Made by a program: the position numbers and the translations under genes
The notes under the pieces: generated by a model
Databases searched by the model: none
What the model was told of the DNA's origin: nothing
Seen by the model: the letters and a program-made list of their open reading frames with translations, nothing else
Assembly: GCA_002633005.1 (NCBI GenBank)
Contig: NMRA01000502.1
Span: 124,001 to 188,000, forward strand
Direction: 5' to 3'
Origin: Phoronis australis
Lineage: Eukaryota > Animalia > Phoronida
DNA length: 64,000 bases
In this document: positions 38,021-64,000 of the stretch, piece by piece
Position numbering within the stretch: the stretch's first letter is position 1
How the letters are laid out: every line of letters starts with the position of its first letter

Positions 38021-39306
38021 GTAATGCATCCAAGATTTCTCGCGAAGTCTTACTTTACAGCCAAGAAGTGTGATCTACGGAACGTAGACCAGAATGAACT
38101 GACCAATCTTCCCTATCTTTTCAAAGTGATAAAAAGGTGTCAAATAGCGCCAACAAGATAGACTCAATGCCCTTATGCGTAATACCTTTGCTTGTCATAA
38201 CAAATATTTTTGAACTTCCTAGTTATTGTCATGTTGTATTCTGAACCTTTGTGAACCCAACCTTAATTTTCTTTGGGGACTGCGACATAGTTACTAAGGG
38301 GCAGAATATTCATACATGTATTCTAACTAATCCTCTGTGATCACACAAAAGGTGAACAGAGCACGACCACAAATCACGTGATCTGCCGGCAAGAAGGGGG
38401 CTATGCCTCTAATTTGGAGTTTGATGATCAGAAGCGAGATTTGACGTTCACCAAGTACAATTTGATTTAGATGGTCTATTAATTGTCCGATAGGCCTTGT
38501 GATGGGACTGAAGGTCTACACTGTACAACAAAACCAGAAAGCAGAAAGGAGTATAATCAAAGCCAAAGCAGTGAGATGCGCGTTCACAAAAGCTCTGATT
38601 ACTGTTAGGCTGAATAATAAACCGTAATGTACATTCTGGTCAGTCAGTCACCACAGACCCTTCTCACCTCCAACAACTTTTTAACTACCAGAAGTTCATA
38701 GACTAGGATTAAATAAAATTCATTCTGTCTCACTGCCCTGGATTTACTAGGTTACATGTATATTTGGAGAAAGAATTTGGTAACACACTTCGTCTTTTTT
38801 ATTAAACATGATAATTTTTACAGACACGTGAAAATGAAGAGAAAACATTCGCACCTAGATTCGTCGGCACATGTACACGTGTCGTGGGGGTCATTTTCAA
38901 CTCAATAATAAACTGCCTCAAAATAAAAGTTCGATAGGGGTCCCTCTATTACTAAAAGCTTTAAATTTTAGGTTATTGTAAAGTATTTTTCAATTTTTGA
39001 AATACTCAAAGACTTCCATGCTAAAGTATGTCAAATCGGAAGTGGTGTCGTTGTCGATAAATATGAAATTTTCCTGGCCAAACAATTAGATTAATTACGT
39101 CTTGTCCTTCAGTCTTTCCAAAAGCATATCTAAATTTAACATTTTGTCTCAATGGATTTGTATTGTGATGTATTTTAAGAAAAAACGGAAGCAGCGAGGA
39201 CGAATTTCCTCAAAAGTGACAATTACCAAACTTTGAAAGTCCCCTCCGATTTCGAAATGTTCACCAGCTGTTGGTTTTCATCCTATCATGGATAAGACGA
39301 CGTTTC

Positions 39307-39312
39307 TATAAA
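39307..39312 (+). promoter_or_regulatory. Probable TATA box of the astacin-MAM gene
   Basis: TATAAA about 65 nt upstream of the signal-peptide ATG. Confidence 0.5.
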
Positions 39313-39372
39313 TGAAGATAGAACCATTGACGGTGTCTTTTCGCGCCCATAGAACGACCAGACACGGAGAAT

Positions 39373-57935
<18,563 letters not shown>

Positions 57936-58145
57936 AGTTCGGCTGAAGAATGATTCATCTGAAGAATCTTTTCACGGTCGATAAATTTAACAAATATAGC
58001 ATTTGTTGTTGGTGCTGACACATTTTTTCAAATATAAATGTAACGTGTACTATCAGTATTAGTTCTTTTATTCTACACTTGATGCTCTTTTTCAAGTTCA
58101 CGTGGTTATTTAAGAAGTGGCGTTTTGAAATGTAGATACCGTTAA

Positions 58146-59815
58146 AGGAGAATGCCACCCGATTTAATTAATCTTTTTTGCCGTCTTAATCTCGCATACG
58201 ATCGACCTTACCTTGCCAAGAGATGTCGCATTAACCAGTGAGGAAGGTGAGAAACGACGCTAACGACGACAGCGGTTCATATGCAGATTGAATGCCGCTA
58301 TGTTGCTGTGCATCGTTCCACCTTGTCCGAGCTAAGCAACTGCGAGGAAAGTGGGTATATCGTTTTTTTTTACTCCTTCGAGAGTCCGAAATGCTTAGGA
58401 AGTGGTCATGGTAGTGAAGAATGAAATGTATGCTGTAAATAACAAGTATGAAGCCGTGAAATATCGCCGTGTCTGTGGCCTGCAGACGTCGACAGTGCCT
58501 GACAAATGCCGGCTTACCAAATAACTCCACACGTTCCGTTGTCTGAGCTTGTTCACGGTGTCTCTCTAGTATTTCTTCATCACTGTATTCCTGTTCGAAT
58601 TGATAGCCTGTAAAACTTAACGATCCACCTGCGAAGTCAGGACTGGTGAACTCTAGCTCGTCCTACTAAGTCGGGATTGGGAGTTGCCATGTTGCCGTTT
58701 ACTGAGCGTTCTGTTTCAAATGAATTATTCTCACACTAACCAATACTTATATAAAACTGAAACAAAGTCTGTCTCATTAGATGCAATTTGTAATGCCCTT
58801 GGAGTATTCGTGAGTGCAAATGATTTGAGAAGCCATCAATGAATAAATCACTGCGTTACCGGCTTTAGGTGCAAAGTTCACCCGGGACCGTCCCGGTGGC
58901 ACCGAGGCCGTGTGAGCTCATGCTAATTTAGTATTTGCTGGCAGAAATTGTTGTGAAACATCTCGATTTCCATCCCACGGCCAGGTGTTAGGGGAACCTT
59001 TATTTACATTTACAATACTCAAATAATAGTTGTCAATGAACCACTTCTGCCCTGACGGTGCTGTGGCCAAAGCGTGAACCTGAATTCGCGGCCCCCGACG
59101 AGTAAGTAGATTTGCAGTTTCGTGGCTAATTCACCAAAATAATCACGTGTACATTACTTTGGATCGCTAGTGTAGAATTTTCTTGACTGGAAGTTTAGTT
59201 TCCACTGAACTTTGGCTGGTTTATGTTCGTGATGTTTGTTCAGTTTCCGAACCACTGGCCGGGATAACGGCGGAGTCAATCCGGCCGGCCGCGACGGGCC
59301 TGATCGGGTTCCGAGCCAGTGGCCAGGATAACAAGCGTTTTGTGTTTAGAACTCAAAAAATCACAATTCTAAACAACACAGATCTAGGTTCTCCTGTCTG
59401 TATCTCACGGAAACTACTTCGAAATTATCTCCGAAGAGATCCCAAACTCCTGCTACGGACCTTATTGGCCTGCCGAACTTTGTAGGCTACGGTGTGTCCA
59501 AACACCAATAAATCCGCAAGAGCGAAATGAAACAACACGTTTTTATAAGAACTCGGTGTATTTTCATGGGTTTCACATCGAAGTTTGATGATTTATTGGT
59601 GTTAAACGATGACTTCAAGCGATAAGCTGACGCCAGTAACCCATGTTGTGAACTGCTGAACAGACTGCGTGTGAAACCGATGACGTCATTGGATAATTTC
59701 AACACCTCCGTCTGCCATCAGGTGTCAGGTAACGCAACCGTACGTGTCGTTATGGAGTAGAACTACTCGATCTAAACTGATACAAATTAGGTTGTTTTTT
59801 TGGTGGCATGCTCCT
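58146..59815. mobile_element. Kolobok-type DNA transposon (non-autonomous), 1670 bp
   Basis: TTAA|AGGAGAATGCCACC ... GGTGGCATGCTCCT|TTAA; minus-strand remnant GYQFEQEYSDEE. Confidence 0.8.
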
Positions 59816-60954
59816 TTAAATTGAGTGTCTGATACATGTACGCCGTAAAATGTAACAATTTTGTAAACTGTAGCAAATGTTACATTTTACGTCATTGTTA
59901 CATTTTATGTCATTGCTACATTTTACGTTTCTAAGCCTTTCCAAAAATGTAACAAGTTGTTACATTTTACGTAAGTGTTACATTTTACGTCGAATGCGCA
60001 TGCGAGAAATGAACAAAATCCCGAACAAGTGATATCTGACAGGCCAGAGGTTCTCGAGTATTTTTGGACGAGGGATGCCGCCGAAAATGTAGATACCCAC
60101 ACAGTTATAGAGTGGGCTGAGACAAAAATGAACCATTTAGAGTGTAATTTTGAGTAAAAGCAAAAATTCACATTTTTGCACAGTTTTGTTTCAGAAATTG
60201 AGAAAGGCACCCTTTTCGATGGTATTTTGTCAAAAATGACATCATTTGAAGAATATTCTTTTGCTGTGAAAAAACACTCTTTTCGGCGACACTTTGGGTA
60301 TACCTCTTCTATAGGAATACCCTCCGGGCTGACACTGCACGAATTTAGCTAACCATTATCACTAGTACTAATACTATTGCTATTATTATTACTTTGGTAT
60401 TATTTTTACTATTACTATTACTATTACTATAATTATTATTGTTGAATTTATTTAAAGAGGACACAGTGCAATATACACCGTATGCATGCTTAGCAAAGTG
60501 CTAATACATCACGGTGCTCAAACTGATTATTTCTGAACTATTGGCAAGCACGGTATTGTTTGTGATATAACTAATAGGGCTAAAACGGGTGACTTTTTAT
60601 CAAATTGGCTTAGGAAATTGAATTCTTTGTGAAAATTTTTGTTGTGGTCGTCTTTTTTCGGAGAAAAACTATGAATATTGGCCAAAATACGATGTCATTG
60701 TTTCTGATGTGCTTACTAATAGAAGTGCGTTTACTCACTGTAATGTCGGATACACAATTCCTTTATGACCTACATGTACCTGTATGAGCGCCAACAAAGA
60801 ACGCTTTGTCAGTAACAAACTTGCTACCTGATCCTGGAAACTCCTGTCGTCTGGAGTTGAAACTGTACGGGATGCATTTTTGACTCTAAACTCCAAAAAT
60901 ATGAGCACAGCCCCAGAAATCGGTTTCACATTATATTCAGTCTCTCATTAATGC

Positions 60955-61089
60955 TTTTGTACTCATTCACTAGTAAGACCGAGCTCAAACACCTTTGAGC
61001 AATGCTCGTAGTCAGTCAGTGAAGTCAGGATTTGAACCCGGGTCTCCCAAGATGGAGTACGGAGCTCTAACCACTGCGTCATACTGTCT
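60955..61089 (-). mobile_element. tRNA-derived SINE head
   Basis: Minus strand A box TGACGCAGTGG (61071-61081) and B box GGTTCAAATCC (61028-61038), without a full cloverleaf. Confidence 0.6.
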
Positions 61090-64000
61090 TCAACGGTAGG
61101 CACATAGAGACATGTCTGCAAATTAAAGCTGGCAAATTTGGCAGAATTTCATTCATACATACAATCCAAGAAAAAAAGCCGTTAAATGTGTGAACCGTTT
61201 TCCTCCGTGTGACAAATATCATGCAAACTCATGAAATATGACATCGCTTTCATAAAATGTAACAATGATACTTTTCTCGTATGTGCATTCGACGTAAATC
61301 GTAACAATTACATGAGAGTACTTGCAACTTGAACTGCAACACGAAATTATTACATCTTACGGCGTATCAAGTGTAAATAGGCCATTTTTAAAAAGTAACC
61401 ATTTGATACGCGGAGACGAGTGTGCGAAACAGCCACTGCCGCATCGTGTTGCATTAGAACTTGCCTTCAGAGAATACTGCGGATATGTCTTTGCATTGAC
61501 ATTTGATAATCAAAATATCATCAATAATTTACTGAAGTCATTTTACATGTAGTTAGACAGGTATCACTTAAATCGTAACTGATGTGAACACAGTATCGCT
61601 ACTTCTTGTCATTCCGCAGCTGCGAAATTTCACTTCATTTTAATTCGACCAATTTTTCAAAGACGCGGTCCCTTAAATGGTAATTTTAGTACACATGCAA
61701 CGAATTATCGAAATTGGTGTCATTTTGTTTAACAGCTAAGCAAGCTATAGAAACCAATGCTCTGAATTTCTTGTCATTTAACGTCAACACGAGTTTTCGT
61801 CGCTATGCAAGATTTCCGACAACAAAAGCACCCAGGGTGAAAATGATTTCTTAAGTTACCGTTTGTTCCCGAAACAGCACCCAAGGCTATTTTGGAAACA
61901 ACGATTTCTTCAACTCATCCCTTGTTCCCGAAAAGGTGCCCACGTGAGACATTTTTCCTCTTTTTCAAAAAGCCCCCATGGGCGCTTTGTGGTGATGGTT
62001 GTTTTCGGAAATCCTCGGTTGCAACGTGTCATGAGCGTTGCGTTCTCAAGTCGATGACCGACTTCTTTGTTGAAAAAGCACAAATCAATGATCCAAGCAT
62101 ATATAGTGGCGATTATTTTATTACTTTTCTTCGAAACAAAGAGAGTGTCAGCAAAATGCACGAGTTAGAAAACCTTTCGTATCGGCTGCTCTGCATTGGT
62201 ACGCCTATGTAGGTTTCGTGTTGAGTCGACCGCAAATTAGAATTTGAGTGGACCGAACGAGCATCGCTTTCATAAGCGATTCTTGGTTTTCAACTCTTGG
62301 ATTCAGCCATATACAGTAGCTGACTGACTGTTTGGATACATTTTTGCACCCGCTAGATTTGATACATGAAGGAAAACGAGAAATGGAGGAGTGGCAAAAT
62401 CACGTCCTGGTGAACACCATTACTTAAAGTCCTTCTCTCACGCGTTCTTAACCCTTATTACATGGTTTGAAGATGTTATAAGGATCCAAGAAGTACCTAC
62501 CCCATAACTAATACACGATCCGTACTCGAAAACAATTTAATGAACGCGCCACTCACGATTGGCACCCGAAGAAACACCGAGATTTTGAACTTGCCGCGAA
62601 CCCGGAAGTACAATTCATTCAGGAACCCAGGCCGAGAAAACGCCGTCAGTGCGACTGGAGCAGTGCCTGTACTGTTACCAGCCAGCAAACGGGGATAAAA
62701 AATCGACAGCGCGCCTTAATTTTGATAAAATCAAACTACGGACAATTTTATGGAATTTGCTGAAGAAATGTGGCCAATAAATTTTGACAGAAGTTATTTT
62801 GCCAGACTCGGGACCGCAGCCTATCGGACCCGGTGCGGATCGAGACCATACACTGTACACTGGCGAACGGTAAATGCATGCGGTTGCAAGCTGTTTTGTC
62901 GAAGTAAAATGGTCAAATGATAAATGCTGCATATATTCAAGGGTAATTTCAGACACTTGCATGAAATTACGGGCTGGTTAGTCCTTTGTAACACTGCCGC
63001 GGCAGACCTTAGTTAGCCTCAGTCACCAGCTACCAGTGAAGACTATAGTCAAAATACAGCTTGTTATTAGGCCTAGCTGCTTTGCGCCAAGACTACCCTT
63101 AGGCCTAACTGGTCACTGGCCAAAAACACAAAAAACACGAAAATTGAACAAAGTTTCTTTTTTTGTAGCAACGTTTGTCAAAATGTATCAACGTTAAATC
63201 TTCACAAATTACAAAGTAGCCGATTGAACATGCCTTTCAGTTCAGCAAAAGTCGACAATGTACATGTAGGTGCCGCCAGAAATGAGACGAAATCCAACGG
63301 GAATTGTGAGCACATTTATCACTTAATGGGTAACAACTGCGAGGCTGAAATTTGGTGAACACTGCTAAATCGTGCAGAATAGTAAGTAAAGACATGTCTT
63401 ACTAAATTTCACAGTAATTTGTTGGCGAAAACAATTTACACAAAGTTTTCAACTCGTAACTCATCCCGCTGTCCTCCAATATGGCCGACGCGATCCAAAC
63501 AAAGTGACCCAAATTTCGCCACAAAACTTGCAATAACTTTAGTGTGCTTGCCCTGATTTTGATACTTTTTGATTTTTACTGAGTAGAATGTACTACCTTT
63601 CCGATGATAGCAAAGTACTTTTTCAAAACCAGGAAAAAAATAAAACCGAAAAAAATTGGTTCGACCCGCCTACGTAAGGAACTAAACACCAATGCTATTT
63701 TAACATACTAAGTACGTGTAACATTCCAAAAAAAATCAACGACCACAAACTTCAAACTATAAATACACTACATATGCAAAAGAATCACGATATATTACTA
63801 ATAAAACAAAATAATGAAGACTTTTCGAGCAAGCCATAGCACATTCAGTTACAAGGAAAAAATGGCGGCGTTCAGGACAAGTTCCTGTCGAACTGATGAG
63901 CCGGAAATGTGGGTACGGAAATAACCGATGACAACCGGTAATCATACGCTCAGAGAGTAGGGTCAAATACTGTTAAAAATCGCTTTTGGCAAGAAAGGCG

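Noticed and set aside
61020-61089. Functional tRNA gene
   Set aside because: A and B boxes are present but the acceptor and anticodon stems do not pair convincingly; better explained as a SINE head.

Overview
Eukaryotic, AT-rich, intron-containing animal DNA, probably from a marine invertebrate (taxon is an inference). No prokaryotic features, rRNA, intact tRNA or CRISPR were seen. Two host genes are supported. (1) A 20-exon secreted astacin metalloprotease with three MAM domains (39373-57935, +, about 816 aa when spliced by hand, all GT-AG). (2) A 513-aa coiled-coil protein with an intronless CDS (23130-24671, +). The rest is transposon debris: a degenerate Gypsy element with one LTR, a second Gypsy integrase fragment, LINE 3' fragments, three TTAA (Kolobok-type) elements, a 685-bp P-like foldback element with an 8-bp TSD, PIF/Harbinger- and hAT-like MITEs, a tRNA-derived SINE head and a 42-bp minisatellite. 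The most striking signal is about 45 copies of TACATGTA against roughly 2 expected. In several places a paralogous copy or a conserved protein motif shows the octamer arose by TA -> TA-CATG-TA insertion, which matches a Tc1/mariner-type excision footprint.
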